64,000 bases of DNA from an uncultured Gemmatimonadaceae bacterium (GTDB taxonomy: Bacteria; Gemmatimonadota; Gemmatimonadetes; Gemmatimonadales; Gemmatimonadaceae). Positions 18,290 through 31,053 of this stretch are shown piece by piece; the stretch's first letter is position 1, and each line of letters starts with the position of its first letter. A model generated the notes under the pieces. That model was not told the origin of the DNA. It did not search any database and saw only the letters and a list, made by a program, of their open reading frames with translations. The stretch spans positions 3,431,597 through 3,495,596 of the forward strand of contig CAWJMB010000002.1 of assembly GCA_963843845.1 (NCBI GenBank), in the 5' to 3' direction. The position numbers and the translations under genes are program-made.

Positions 18290-21200
18290 ATGCGGCGCAA
18301 CGCTTCGCTCCTGCTCACCCTCCTCGCGCCGGTCGTCCTCGGCGCGCAGACGATCAGCACCGACCCGGCGCGGCCGGGGCGCGCGGCCGACCAGCCGATC
18401 GACACGGCGTACACGCGCAAGATTCGCGAGTACACGACCGAGCCGTTCTTCCTGTCGCCGCTCGTCGACTACCTGCCGGCGTCGGCGACCGTGCCGACGC
18501 CGAAGGCGGTGCTCGGCGACATCGCCGGGGCGCGAAGACAACCTGCCGTATTCGAAGGAGGTCTACGACTACATGCGGCATGCTCGAGAAGGCGAGCCCG
18601 CGCGTGAAGGTCTTCTCGATCGGCACGACCGAGGAAGGGCGCGAGATGATCGCCGTCGCGGTCGCCAGCGAGACGCTCATCAGCCGACCTGGACGCGGAT
18701 CGCGCGAAGCTCGCGCAGCTCGCCGACCCGCGCACGATCGGGATGGACGACGCGCGCGCCGCGGCGATCGTGAAGGACGTCGCGCCGGTCTACTACATCA
18801 CCGGGACGATCCACTCGACGGAGAGCGGCGCGCCGACGGCGCTGATGGAGCTGGCCTATCGCCTCGCCGTCGACGAGAGCCCGTACATGAAGCACATCCG
18901 CGACAACGTCATCACGCTCATCACGCCGATCGTCGAAGTCGACGGCCGCGATCGCGATGGTGGACGTGTTCAGAAGTGGCACATGGCGCACCCGAGCGAG
19001 ACGTACCCGAACCTGCTCTACTGGGGCAAGTACGTCGCGCACGACAACAATCGCGACGCGATGGCGCTCACGCTCAAGCTGTCGCAGAACGTCCTGAACG
19101 CCTACGTCGGCTGGAAGGCGCAGGTCCTGCACGACCTGCACGAGTCGGGCGTCGTTCCTCTACGACAACACCATCGGCGACGGTCCCTACAACGCGTGGC
19201 TCGACCCGCTCGCTCACGAACGAATGGCAGCTCCTCGGCTGGAACAACGTGCAGGAGATGACGCGGCTCGGGATGCCGGGCGTCTACACGCACGGCAACT
19301 TCGACACGTGGTCGCCGGGCTACCTGATGTTCATGGCGGCGACGCACAACGGCATCAGCCGCCTGTACGAGACGTTCGGCAATGGCGGCACCGCCGAGAC
19401 GGTCGAGCGGACGCTGACGCCCGACGAGACGTCGCGCACGTGGTTCCGGCAGAACCCGCCCCTGCCGCGCGTGAAGTGGTCGCTCCGCAACAACAACAAC
19501 TACGAGCAGACCGGCCTGCTCGTCTCGCTCAACTACTTCGCGACGAACCGCGCGCCTGTTCCTCCAGAACTTCTACGAGAAGAGCAAGCGGTCGATCCTG
19601 AAGGCGCGCACCGAAGGCCCGGCGGCGTACGTCTTCCCCGCCGACGATCCGGCGGCCCGGCGCGCAGGCGGAGTCTGCTGAAGGTGCTGCAGAAGCAGCA
19701 CGTGGAGATCTCGCGGGCCGACGGCGCCGTTCACCGTCGAGCGTGCCGGCCGCCGAGGCACGCGGACGGGGGTCGGGCGTCGCGGTCCGTCGATTCGACG
19801 GCGCGGTCCCCGGCTCCGACGCCCGCGCCCGGCAGCCACGAGCCGCGACAGTTCCCCGCCGGCTAGCTACGTCATCCGCATGGACCAGCCGTACTCGCGC
19901 ATCGCCGACGCGCTGCTCGACTATCAGTACTGGGCCCGAACGATCCGCAGAAGACGCCGTACGACGACACCGGCTGGACGTTCCCCGAGGGCTTCGCGGT
20001 GCAGACGGTGCGCGTCACCGACCCGAAGGTGCTCGACGCTCCGATGACAGTGCGTGACCGACACGGTCCGCGCGGCCGGTGGATCGTCGCCGGCGCCGGC
20101 GCGACGTCGGGCGGAGTCGTCGCGATCAACGCGAACGGCGACAACGCGCTGGCGACGCTGCGCTACGAGCTGCAAGAGCGCCGACATCCAGGCCGCGGAA
20201 GAGCCGTTCGAGCGCGGCGGGCGGAAGTTCGCGCGCGGCTCGTTCATCATGCGCGGCGTCGCCGCGGCGGAGCTCGACGCGCGACGCTGAGAACGTCGGC
20301 CTCTCCGGCTACGCGCTGGCCGCCGCGCCGACCGTGAAGACGCACCCGGTGCGCGCCGCGCGCGTCGCGATCATGCACACGTGGATCTAGCACGCAGACC
20401 GAAGGGTGGTGGCGGCAGGCGTTCGACGCGTACGGCATCCCGTACGACTACATCAGCATGCAGGACGTCGCGAAGACGCCGAACCTGAACGCGAAGTACG
20501 ACGTCATCCTCTTCGCCGCCGGCGGCGCGAGCGGCCAGCAGATCATCGACGGGATGCCGATGTGGCGGAACCCGATGCCGTGGAAGACCTCGCCCGAGAC
20601 GCCGAACATCGGCAGCGTACGCGCAGACGGACGACATCCGCCCCGGGCTGGGCTGGCAGGGAATGGCGAACCTCAAGGCGTTCGTCGCGAACGGCGGCGT
20701 GCTCGTCGGCGTCGAACAACACCGCGGAGTTCGCGATCGCAGTACGGGCTCACGCAACGGCGTGACGATGAACCACCCGCGCGCGCGAGCGTCGTCGTCG
20801 GCTCGCTGCTGCGCACGCAGCGTCGTCGACGACGCGAGCCCGATCGTCTACGGCATCGCCGACAGCCTCGCGGTCTACAGCGACGGCGGAGAGAGCTTCA
20901 GCGTGTCGAACGGACGCGGCGGGCGCGGCGCGCGCGGGCGCCGGCGCCGGCGGGCAGCGCGCGACGGGGCGCGGCACGGCCGACGATCCGGACGTGCCGC
21001 AGGGGCGCCCCGTCGCTCGACCCGCGCAACGTGCGCCGAGCCGACGACGCCGGTGCAGCCGTGGCAGGGCGGCACGGTGACGGCGGACAGCTGCGCAATC
21101 CGCTCAACGTCATCCCGCCCGACCAGCGTCCGCGCGTCGCGCTGCGCTTCGGCGATCAGCGCGGAGCTGCTGGTGTCCGGCCTGCTCGACGGCGGCGGCG

Positions 21201-21373
21201 ACATCGCGCAGCGGCCGGTCGTCGTCGACGTGCCGGTGCAGAAGGGGCACGTGGTGCTGTTCGCGAACAATCCCGTCTACCGCGGCGAGACGATCGGGAG
21301 CTACCCGCTCGTGCTCAACGCGATGCTGCACTGGGACAACCTGAACGCGGGGCGGAAGCTGGACGCGCGGTAG
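18290..21373 (+). CDS. M14 family zinc carboxypeptidase-like secreted protein; many frameshifts
   Basis: Fragments across frames: IHSTESG, HDNNRD, HDLHES, GMPGVYTHGNFDTW, HVVLFANNPVYRGET. Confidence 0.85.
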
Positions 21374-21497
21374 CGCATGGGCCGCGGTCGTGCGGGCGGC
21401 GACGGGGCGGTGGTGCAGGAACACGCCCGGATTGACCGCGCGGTGACGCCCCCGTAACTCGCAGTCGACGTTCATCACACGAAGCGGAGGCGGAGCG

Positions 21498-21779
21498 ATG
21501 GCACGACAGCACGTGCTGGCCGGACGCGCGGGCCGGGGGGCGGCGAAGTCGCGCGCGGGGGAGGCGCACGGCATGGCCCGACTGACCGAGCGGCGAGTGG
21601 TGTCGCTGCGGAAGGCCGCGTGGGCGTGGCTGGAGCGGCACCCCGACGAAGTGCTGCTGCCGGCCGCGTTCTTCCGGCGCCAGGGAGAGCGTTTCGAGGT
21701 CGCGTCGGCGACGGCGCGGGCGGCGGTCCACGGCGACACGTGGGGGCATCTCAGCGAGCCGCCACCGGTGCCGCGGTGA
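21498..21779 (+). CDS. small protein resembling the C-terminal HTH DNA-binding module of phage HNH endonucleases
   Basis: GEAHGMARLTERRVVSLR...FEVASATARAAVHGDTWGHL; GGAGG RBS; TTGACC upstream. Confidence 0.6.
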   Translation: MARQHVLAGRAGRGAAKSRAGEAHGMARLTERRVVSLRKAAWAWLERHPDEVLLPAAFFRRQGERFEVASATARAAVHGDTWGHLSEPPPVPR

Positions 21780-21814
21780 GCGGCGCGCGGTGAGCGGTGA
21801 GCGGCGCGCGGTGA
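21773..21814. repeat. heptamer tandem array (GCGGTGA/GCGGCGC)x6
   Basis: Read directly; begins at the stop codon of the preceding gene. Confidence 0.85.
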
Positions 21815-21824
21815 GCCACAGGCC

Positions 21825-22262
21825 TTGAGCGACTCCGCGCGAGGCCGCCGCATCGAGGGGCGCCGATCCGGTCCTCGCGCCGCGTTCGTCGCCGCGGCGC
21901 TCGGCACGATCGTCGCGGGGCTGCTCGTGCATCGCGGCATCGTGCCGCTCGCCGCCGCGCCGCGCGACGTGCTCGGCGACGCGCTGTGGGCGATGATGAT
22001 CGCGTGGTGGCTCGGCGCGCTGCTGCCGACGCGCGCGGCGTGGGAGCGAGCGGTGGGCGCACTCGCGATCTGCTGGCTCGTGGAGGGCAGTCAGCTCCTC
22101 CACACGCCGTCGCTCGACGCGGTGCGGCGCACCACGCTCGGCCGCCTCGTGCTCGGCAGCGGGTTCGACGCCCGCGACCTCGGCGCCTACGCCGTCGGCG
22201 TCGCGGCGGCGCTCGGCGTCGAGCACGTCGCGCGACGTCGACGCTCGGCACATCCGTCGTGA
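21825..22262 (+). CDS. DUF2809 family membrane protein
   Basis: GDALWA, VEGSQLLH..LDAVRRTTLGRLVLGSGF...DL.AY. Confidence 0.82.
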   Translation: MSDSARGRRIEGRRSGPRAAFVAAALGTIVAGLLVHRGIVPLAAAPRDVLGDALWAMMIAWWLGALLPTRAAWERAVGALAICWLVEGSQLLHTPSLDAVRRTTLGRLVLGSGFDARDLGAYAVGVAAALGVEHVARRRRSAHPS

Positions 22263-22448
22263 ACGAGCTGCTGCAGGTCGCGCTCCCCGTCAGCCACCGT
22301 CGCGTCGTCGTGCACGGCGTCGGCATCGTGACGATCGGGCAGGCGGGGCGGACAGGGTGGGCCGCCGTCCGCCTTCTACGGGCGTGACGTATACTTCGCG
22401 CACCCCTCGCGCGGCTGAGCGCCGGGCACACCAGGAGCGCACTCGCGC

Positions 22449-22847
22449 ATGACTGTCGGACGACGCGACTTCCTCGTCGCGGCCGGCGGGGCGCTCGCCG
22501 CCCTGGCCGCGTCGCCGCCGGCTCGCACCTCTCGTGAGCGTGCCATGATGTACGGTTTGATCGGCAGGATGAGGGCGACGCCCGGCCAGCGCGACGCGCT
22601 GGTGGCGATCCTGCTCGAAGGGACCGGCGCGATGCCGGGGTGCCTGAGCTACGTCGTCGCCGCCGACCCGGCCGACGCGGACGCGATCTGGATCACCGAG
22701 GTCTGGGACAGCCAGGCGAGCCACGCCGCGTCGCTGCAGCTCCCCGCCGTGCGCGACGCGATCGCCCGCGGGCGCCCGCTCATCGCCGGCTTCGACAGCT
22801 CGACCGTGACGACGCCGCTCGGCGGCGTCGGGCTCGCGACGCGTTAG
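22449..22847 (+). CDS. ABM-family (putative quinol) monooxygenase with Tat-like signal
   Basis: RRDFL signal; MYGLIG...MPGCLSYVV...IWITEVWDS..SH. Confidence 0.85.
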   Translation: MTVGRRDFLVAAGGALAALAASPPARTSRERAMMYGLIGRMRATPGQRDALVAILLEGTGAMPGCLSYVVAADPADADAIWITEVWDSQASHAASLQLPAVRDAIARGRPLIAGFDSSTVTTPLGGVGLATR

Positions 22848-22941
22848 GGGCCGGGGTCGCGCCGGCCGCGGGCACTCGGGGGCGGCGGGGCCGGCGCGGC
22901 CGGCAGGGCCGGCGCGCCCGATTCTCGCGTTCGGCGCTCGC

Positions 22942-24238
22942 ATGCGCACTCGCATCCCCCTCGCCCTCGCGCTGGCCGCGGCCGCCTGCGGCCACGCGGC
23001 CACGCTCCCCGTCTCGGCCGGCGTCGGGCCGCGGCCGACGCTCCCGGCGCCGAATCCGGCGCTCATCCCGACGGTGAAGATCGCCGAGGCCGTCGGCTGG
23101 CGCGGCGGCGCGCGCCCGACCGCGGCGCCCGGCCTCGCCGTGCGGCCGTTCGCGACGGGGCTCGCGCACCCGCGCTGGCTGCTCCTCCTGCCGAACGGCG
23201 ACGTACTCGTCGCCGAGACGAACGCGCCGCCGCGCCCCGAGGACGAGCGGGGGCTGCGCGCCCGGATCATGAGGTGGTTCATGAAGAAGGCGGGGAGCGC
23301 GACGCCGAGCGCCGACCGCCTCACGCTGCTCCGCGACGCGGACGGCGACGGCGTCGCGGAGTCACGCACCGTGTTCCTCGACGCGCTGCGCTCGCCGTTC
23401 GGGATGGCGCTCGTCGGCGGCACGCTCTACGTCGCGAACACCGACGCCGTGGTGCGCGTGCCGTACGCGCCCGGCGACACGCGGGCGTCGGCGCGCCCCG
23501 TCACCGTCGCGCCGCTGCCCGCGGGGCCGCGCAACCATCACTGGACGAAGAGCCTCGTCGCGAGCCCCGACGGACGGACGCTCTACGTCGGCGTCGGCTC
23601 GAACAGCAACGCGGCGGAGCACGGCCTCGCGGAGGAGGCCGGGCGCGCCGCGGTCTGGGAGGTCGACGCCGCGACGGGTGCGACGCGCGTGTTCGCGTCG
23701 GGGCTGCGCAACCCGGTCGGCCTCGCGTGGGAGGCGAGAGCGCGGCGCGCTCTGGGTCGCCGTGAACGAGCGCGACGAGCTGGGCAGCGACCTCGTGCCC
23801 GACTACATGACGTCGGTGCGCGACGGCGGCTTCTACGGCTGGCCGTACAGCTACTTCGGGGCGCACGTGGACGCGCGCGTCAGCCCGTCGCGCCCCGACC
23901 TCGTCGCGACGGCGGTCGTGCCCGACTACGCGCTCGGCGCCCACACGGCGTCGCTCGGGCTCGCCTACTCCGCCGGCAGCGCCGCCTCCCCGCTCGGCCG
24001 CGGCATGGTCGTCGGGCAGCACGGGTCGTGGAACCGCTCGCCGCGGTCCGGCTATCGCGTGATCTTCGTGCCGTTCGCGAACGGAGTGCCCGACGGCGCG
24101 CCGGTCGACGTGCTCACAGGCTTCCTCGACGGCGACGGCCACGCGCGCGGCCGCCCGGTCGGCGTCGCGCTCGACGGGCGCGGCGGGCTGCTCGTCGCCG
24201 ACGACGTGGGCAACGTCGTGTGGCGCGTGACGCGGTGA
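22942..24238 (+). CDS. PQQ-dependent sugar/L-sorbosone dehydrogenase family lipoprotein; frameshift near 23740
   Basis: [44 protein letters not shown]. Confidence 0.9.
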
Positions 24239-24388
24239 CCTGAGCCGCCCCGATCCGGAGCCGGCACGCGCCGCGGGAGTCGTCGTGCGTCGACCCGTCG
24301 AGCGCGCGCGGCATCATGTGCGAGGACGCGAGGCGGTGGGCTAGCTTGGAGGCGTTCGAGGTGTCCCCCGCCCCGCTTCCACATCCCG

Positions 24389-26309
24389 ATGGCGCTGCTC
24401 GGCCTGCACGACGTCACGATCGCGTTCGGCGGCCCGCCGATTCTCGACCGCGCGACGCTCGCGATCGAGCGCGGCGAGCGCGTGTGCCTCCTCGGCCGCA
24501 ACGGCGCCGGCAAGAGCACGCTCATGCAGCTGCTCGACGGCACGCTCACGCCCGACGCCGGCGAGGTCGTGCGGCAGACGCGGCGTCGACGGTCGACGCG
24601 GCTCGAGCAGGACGTCCCCGACGACGTCGCCGGCTCGATCTTCGACGTGGTCGCCGAGGGCCTCGGCGAGACGGGGCGGCTGCTCGCGCGCTACCACCAC
24701 GCGAGCCACCGCGTCGCCGCCGAGCAGAGCGACGGCGCGCTGCGCGAGCTGAACCGGCTGCACCAGGCGCTCGACGCCGCCGACGCGTGGCAGGTGCAAT
24801 CGCGCGTCGAGCACGGTGCTCGAGCACCTCGGTCTCGACCCCGACGCGCCGTTCGCCGACGCATCGGGCGGGCGCAAGCGGCAGACGCTGCTCGCCCGCG
24901 CGCTCGTGCGGCGAGCCCGACGTGCTGCTGCTCGACGAGCCGACGAACCACCTCGACGTCGAGGCGATCGAGTGGATGGAGCAGTTCCTCGTCGCGCAGG
25001 GCCCGGCGGCCGACGCTGCTCTTCGTCACGCACGACCGCGCGTTCCTGCGCCGCGTCGCGACCCGCATCGTGGAGCTCGACCGCGGCCAGTCTCGCCGAC
25101 TGGGGCGACGACTACGACGCGTACCTCGAGCGCAAGGCCGCCGCGCTCGAGCAGGAGGCGCGCGACCGCGAGGAGTTCGACAAGCGGATCGCGCGCGAGC
25201 AGGTGCGGCTCCGCTCGTCGATCACGGCGCGGCGCACGCTGAACGAGGGGCGCGCCCGCCGCTCGACGCGATGCGCCGCGAGCGCGCGGCGTGGCGCGAG
25301 CGCGAGGGCACGATGCGGCTGCAGGCCGTCGGAGGCGCGAGCGCTCGGGGCGGCTCGTCGTCGAGGCGCGCGGCGTGAGCGTTCGCGCTCGGCGGCCGCC
25401 CGATCGTGCGCGACGTCACGACGACGATCATGCGCGGCGACAAGGTCGGCGTCATCGGGCCGAACGGCTCGGGCAAGACGACGCTCATCCGCCTGCTGCT
25501 CGGCGACGCTCGCGCCCGACGCCGGCACCGTCCGGCTGGGCACGGGGCTCGAGGTCGCCTACTTCGACCAGCTCCGCGAGCAGCTCGACCCCGAGGCGTC
25601 GGTGTTCGACAGCATCGCCGACGGCGCCGACTGGATCACCGTCGCCGGCGAGCGGAAGCACGTCCTGTCGTACCTGCAGGACTTCCTGTTCCCGCCGGAG
25701 CGCGCGCGCACGCCCGTCCGCGCGCTGTCCGGCGGCGAGCGCAACCGCCTGCTGCTCGCGCGGCTGTTCACGCGCCCGTTCAACCTGCTCGTGCTCGACG
25801 AGCCGACGAACGACCTCGACGTCGAGACGCTCGACCTGCTCGAGGATCTGCTGCTCGAGTTCCAGGGAACGCTGCTCCTCGTGAGCCACGACCGCGCGTT
25901 CCTCGACGCCGTCGTCACGAGCACGCTCGTGCTCGAAGGCGGCGGGCGGCGTCGGCGAGTACGCGGGGGGCTACAGCGACTGGGTGCGCCAGCGCGCGCC
26001 GCAGCCGGTGCCGACTGCGCCGGCGCGAAGCGCGAAGCGCGCCGAGCGCCTCGCCGCCGTCGCGCCGCGCGGATCGGAAGCGCGGCGCTCACGATGACGC
26101 AGGCGCGCGAGCTGGCCGAGCTCCCCGACCGCATCGACGCGCTCGAGCGAGAGCGCGAGCAGCTCTACGCGACGCTCGCCGACCCGGCCGTGGCGCGCGA
26201 CGGCGCGGCCACCGTCGCCGCGAAGGCCCGGCTCGAGGCGCTCGACGCGGACGTCGCGGAGCGGATGGCGCGGTGGGAGGCGCTCGAGACGATCGCCGCC
26301 GATGTCTGA
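24389..26309 (+). CDS. uup: ABC-F family ATPase (Uup-like); several frameshifts
   Basis: Two Walker A motifs ([18 protein letters not shown]), [20 protein letters not shown]-terminal coiled coil ending RWEALE. Confidence 0.85.
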
Positions 26310-26323
26310 CCGCTCGCGCGCGC

Positions 26324-26908
26324 ATGCCTGACGATCCGGCGCGCGGCGCGCCGCGCGCCGCGCCGCATGACCGCCTCCGCCTCGCGACGCCCGCCGACGT
26401 GCCCGCGATCCACGCGCTCATCGAGCGTTCGGTGCGCGGCCTCGCGCCCGGCTTCTACGACGCGCGGCAGATCGAGAGCGGGCTGCGCTACGTGTTCGGC
26501 CCCGACTCGCAGCTCATCGTCGACGGCACGTACTTCGTGATCGAGGCGCGGGGCGGCGCGCTGCTCGCCTGCGGCGGGTGGAGCCGGCGCCGCGCGACGC
26601 ACGGCGGCGACCAGCACAAGGGCGTCGAGGACCCGACGCTCGATCCGACGACCGACCCGGCGCGCATCCGCGCGATGTTCGTCGACCCGTCGGCCGCGCG
26701 ACGCGGGCTCGGGCGACGGCTGTACGAGGCGAGTCGCGACGCGGCGCGCGCCGCCGGCTTCCGCGCGCTCACGCTCGTCGGCACGCTGCCCGGGGTGCCG
26801 CTCTACGCCGCGTTGGGCTTCCGCGCCGACGGGCCCTACGTCGAGACGCTGCCGGACGGCGTCGAGCTGCCGACCGTCGTGATGTCGCGGGCGATCGACG
26901 ACGTGTGA
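26324..26908 (+). CDS. GNAT family N-acetyltransferase
   Basis: CGGWSRR, IRAMFVDP..ARRGLGR, TLPGVPLY. Confidence 0.88.
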   Translation: MPDDPARGAPRAAPHDRLRLATPADVPAIHALIERSVRGLAPGFYDARQIESGLRYVFGPDSQLIVDGTYFVIEARGGALLACGGWSRRRATHGGDQHKGVEDPTLDPTTDPARIRAMFVDPSAARRGLGRRLYEASRDAARAAGFRALTLVGTLPGVPLYAALGFRADGPYVETLPDGVELPTVVMSRAIDDV

Positions 26909-26912
26909 CGCC

Positions 26913-27434
26913 GTGACGCGAGCGCGGAACGTCGCGTTAGGCACCCTGCGCTGCGCGGTCTGCGCGGTCTGCGCGTCCTGCACGTCCGGCCGGCCGAGCG
27001 ACGAGCCGGCGATCCAGGCCGCCGCGATGCGCGAGCTGTTCCTCGTTCGCGAACGCCCGCGCGTTCTCGTCGTTTGGGCCGACCCGGCGCCCGGTCCCGT
27101 GTTCGCGGAGTCGGACAGCGGATTCCGTCCGTCGCGCGCCGAGCGGCCGCCGCGGCGGGTCGGCGCCGTTCCAGTCGAGACGGTCGGACAGCGCGAGTTG
27201 ACGGCACTGTTCCGCGCGAACCCCGACGGCTGGGAGGCGTTCTACGCGCGCTACCCCGGCGCGCTCGGCATCATCGAATTCGCGCCGGCCCAGGTCGATG
27301 ACGACAGCGCGTCGCTCGTCGTCGGCCGGTCGTGCGGCGAGCACTGCCGCTTCGTGTGGCGCGTGCAGTTGCGGCGCGTCGCGGCCGCGCAGTGGCGCGT
27401 CGCTCGCGTCACGGCCGTCGAACGACTGCGCTGA
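26913..27434 (+). CDS. hypothetical secreted protein or lipoprotein
   Basis: Signal-like N-terminus with Cys; CGEHC motif near the C-terminus. Confidence 0.6.
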   Translation: MTRARNVALGTLRCAVCAVCASCTSGRPSDEPAIQAAAMRELFLVRERPRVLVVWADPAPGPVFAESDSGFRPSRAERPPRRVGAVPVETVGQRELTALFRANPDGWEAFYARYPGALGIIEFAPAQVDDDSASLVVGRSCGEHCRFVWRVQLRRVAAAQWRVARVTAVERLR

Positions 27435-27441
27435 CCGGCCG

Positions 27442-29228
27442 TCACTCCCCGCGCGTGGCCTTCGCGATGACCTCGACCGGCAGCTTCGGCACCCGGTCCA
27501 TCGTCAGCAGCCCGTTCGCCTCCTGATACGTGTCGGTGAACTGCGTGTAGCAGAACCCCGCGAAGAGCACGACGCGATTCACGGCGCCCAGGAGCGCCGT
27601 GTAGCGCCGCTCCAGCTCCTCGATCGTGTCGGAACGCGAATATCCCCACGTGCGCGTCGGGTCCGGGATGATAGGCGATCCCGCCGAACTCGGTCAGCAT
27701 GACCGGGATGCTCGTGTGTGACGTGTGTCCCTCGACGACGAGTCGTCGCCCGCCGGGCCGCTCGCGCTCGAGGATGCGCGGCAGGTCCTCTTCCGAGTGA
27801 TAGCGGCGCGCGATCCGCTCGGGGCGGTGGTCGTAGTCGTGGATCGCCATGATGTCGGTCGCGACGCTCTCCCATCCGTCGTTGCCGACGACCGGGCGGG
27901 TCGCGTCGAGCGTGTTCGTGAGGTGGTACATCGACGCCACCCAGTGCCGCTGCTCGGGGATGCTCGGCAGGTCGGGCACGCCCCAGCTCTCGTTGAACGG
28001 CACCCACGCCACGATGCACGGGTGGCTCGCGTCGCGCGCGATCGCGGCCATCCACTGCTTCGTCAGCCGCTCGATCGACCGCTTCGTGAAGCGGTACGCG
28101 CTCGGCATCTCCTCCCACACGAGCAGGCCCAACCGGTCGGCCCAGTACAGGAAGCGCGGGTCCTCGATCTTCTGGTGCTTGCGCACGCCGTTGAAGCCCA
28201 TCGCCTTCGCCAGCTCGACGTCGCGGCGGAGCGCCTCGTCGCTCGGCGCCGTCAGCCCGGTCTCCGCGCCAGTAGCCCTGGTCGAGCACGAGGCGCAGGT
28301 AGTACGGGCGGCCGTTGAGCATGAAGCGGTCGCCCTGCACCCCGACCTGCCGCATCGCCGTGTAGCTCCGCACCGTGTCGAACCGCTCGCCGCGCCCGCC
28401 CCACAGCTCGAGCTTCCGCGTCGATCAGCGTCGGGCGCCCGGGGCTCCAGAGCAGCTCGTTGCGGAAGTCGTCGATGCCGGGGTCGGAGAGCGCGATGCG
28501 GCGGTGCACCTCGCCGGCGACGATCGCGTACGTGTCGTCGGCGAGCGTCTGGCCGTTGCGCCGAGAGCTTCACGCGCAGGCGCAGTCCCTCGCGTCGGCG
28601 CGCCGTCGATGCGCAGGTCGAGCCCGATCTCCCACCGCTCGAGGCTCGACGTCCACCGCAGCTCCGCGACGCGCGTCGGCGGCACCGCGCTCGAGCCACA
28701 CGGTCTGCCAGATGCCGGTCGTGCGCGGATACCAGATCGAGTGCGGCTCGAGCTGCCAGTCCTGCTTGCCGCGCGGCTTCGCGAGATCGTGCGGGTCGTC
28801 CTCGGCGCGCACGACGATCGTCTGCGGCCCGCCCGCGCGCAGCGCGTCGGTGACGTCGGCGACGAACGGCGTGTAGCCGCCCTCGTGCCGCGCCACGAGC
28901 CGACCGTTCACCCACACGGTCGCGCAGTAGTCGACGGCGCCGAAGTGCAGATGCAGGCGCTCGCCCTCGGCGAGCGCGGGGCCTCGAAGGTGCGGCGGTA
29001 CCAGCAGGCGTGGAAGAAGCCGGTGTGCCCGACGCCGCTCGCCGGCGTCTCCGGCGCGAACGGCACGGCGATGGTGCGGTCGAACGCGACGTCGCTCGGC
29101 TGCGCCCACCGCCCCTCGGCGTCGAGCGCGAACTCCCACGCGCCGTTCAACGACTCCCACGCCTCGCGCGCGAGCTGAGGACGAGGGTAGCCGTGGGCGA
29201 GGGGGTCGGGACGGAGGGCGGGGTTCAT
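27442..29228 (-). CDS. glycoside hydrolase family 2; several frameshifts
   Basis: [40 protein letters not shown]. Confidence 0.9.
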
Positions 29229-29436
29229 AGAGATCGATCCGGCGGGGTCTGTCGAGCGGGGTCGGGATGGCGCGGTCGGTACGACGCGGTCGGTACGGCG
29301 GCACCGCGACCGCAAGGCTCGGACCTCGCACGCCGCCGTACACCGACGCCTCTGTGCAACGTCAGGTCCACCGAGTCAATTGCACCGTCCCGCACGACGT
29401 TCCGTCTCCCGCCCCACCCGCCGCCGGCACGCAGCT

Positions 29437-29904
29437 GTGACGCGCACGACGATCAGCGCCGGTCTCCTTCTCTTTCGCCGCCTCGACGGGCGGCTCGAGC
29501 TGTTTCTCGCGCACCCGGGCGGCCCCTTCTGGCGCGGGCGCGACCTCGGCGCGTGGACGATTCCGAAGGGGGGGGTCGCGCCGGGCGAGGAGCTGCTCGC
29601 CGCGGCATGCCGGGAGTTCGAGGAGGAGACGGGCGTGCGGCCGCGGCCGCCGTACATCGCGTTGGGCGACGTGCGGCAGAAGGCCGGCAAGCGCATCCAC
29701 GCCTGGGCGTGGGAGGGGGACGCCGACCCGGCGACGGCGACGAGCAACGAGATGCGGACCGAGCACCCGCGCGGCTCCGGTCGCTGGCTCACCTTCCCCG
29801 AGGTCGACCGGTGGGACTGGTTCGACCCGGCGACCGCGCGCACGAAGCTGAACCCGGCGCAGGCGGAGCTCATCGGGCGACTGGAGGCGGTGCTGAAGGG
29901 ATGA
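29437..29904 (+). CDS. NUDIX hydrolase
   Basis: HPGGPFW, WTIPKG...REFEEETG, FPEVDR. Confidence 0.9.
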   Translation: MTRTTISAGLLLFRRLDGRLELFLAHPGGPFWRGRDLGAWTIPKGGVAPGEELLAAACREFEEETGVRPRPPYIALGDVRQKAGKRIHAWAWEGDADPATATSNEMRTEHPRGSGRWLTFPEVDRWDWFDPATARTKLNPAQAELIGRLEAVLKG

Positions 29905-29910
29905 CGGGGA

Positions 29911-29945
29911 CCCCCGATTCCCGATCCCCGATCCCCGGCTCCCGT
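29911..29945. repeat. heptamer tandem array (YYCCCGR-like)x5
   Basis: CCCCCGA TTCCCGA TCCCCGA TCCCCGG CTCCCGT just after the NUDIX stop. Confidence 0.8.
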
Positions 29946-29960
29946 CGGTAGCTTCCCCCC

Positions 29961-31053
29961 GTGTCGCTCAGCCGCTGGATCATCACGCTCGTCTCGTTCG
30001 CCGCTGCGGTCGGGGCGTCGGTCGTCATCGTCTGGCGCACGTGGCCCGAGGGTGGGGCGAGCGTCGCGCTGCCGCCGTTCGCGCACCTGCTCGGCCTCGC
30101 GGCCCTCGCGGCGGAAGTGCTGTTCCGCTCGTGGAAGATCCAGCTCAGCGCGCACGCGCTCCGCATCCCGCTCGGCTTCGGCGCCGCGGTGCGCGTGTCG
30201 CTCGGCGGCGACTTCGCCGCGTCGATCACCCCGTCGCGCTCCGGCGCCGAGCCCGCCCGCTACTTCATCCTCGCCGAGTCGCGCGTGGAGCCGTTGGGCC
30301 GGCTGTTGATCCTGTTCGCCGAGATCCTGCTCGAGATGCTGTCGTTAGGCACGGTCGCGATCGTCCTCGCGCTGACGTTCCGCGGCGCGGGCACGGCGCT
30401 CGGCGGGCTGGTCGGCCTCGTGGGCGGCTACGCGGCACTCGTGATTGGGCGTGGGCGCGGTCGGCGTCGCGCTCTCGAAGCGCAACGCGCACGGCCCTCC
30501 GCCGCGGTGGGCGACGCGGGTGGGGCTGAAGGCGGGGCAGTGGCGCGGCGTGCAGCGGTCGCTTCGCCAGCTTCGCGGAAGCGTCGATGCCGTGCGCGGC
30601 GCGCGGCTCGGCGTGATGGCCGGGGCGTACGCGATGTCGGTGCTGCACATCGTGGCGCGGATGTGCGTGCTGCCGGGACTGATCTATGGCAGCGCCGTCG
30701 CCGGGAGCGCGACGTCCGTGCCGTTCGGCCGCGCCGCGCTCGCGCCGCTCGTCGTCTGGCCGCTCGCGCTGCAGTACGGCGCGGGCGTCGCGCCGGCGCC
30801 GGGCGGCGGCGGGGTCGTCGAGGCGGCGTTCACGGCGACGCTGCGCGGCGTCATCCCGGCGCGGCTCTTCGGCGCCTCGCTCATCTGGTGGCGCTTCTAC
30901 ACGTTCTACGCGTACCTCCCGTTAGGCGCCCTCGCCGCGGGGCGTACCGTGCTGCGCGCGCTGCGCGAGCGGAAGGACCGAGCGCACGGGCGGCGCCACG
31001 AGGAGACGATCCTGCGGCGAACGGGCGAGGTGCCGATCCCGACCGCTCACTGA
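29961..31053 (+). CDS. lysylphosphatidylglycerol synthase TM-domain (flippase-like) protein; frameshift near 30445
   Basis: ITPSRSGAEP, PGGGGVVEAAF, WWRFYTFY. Confidence 0.82.
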
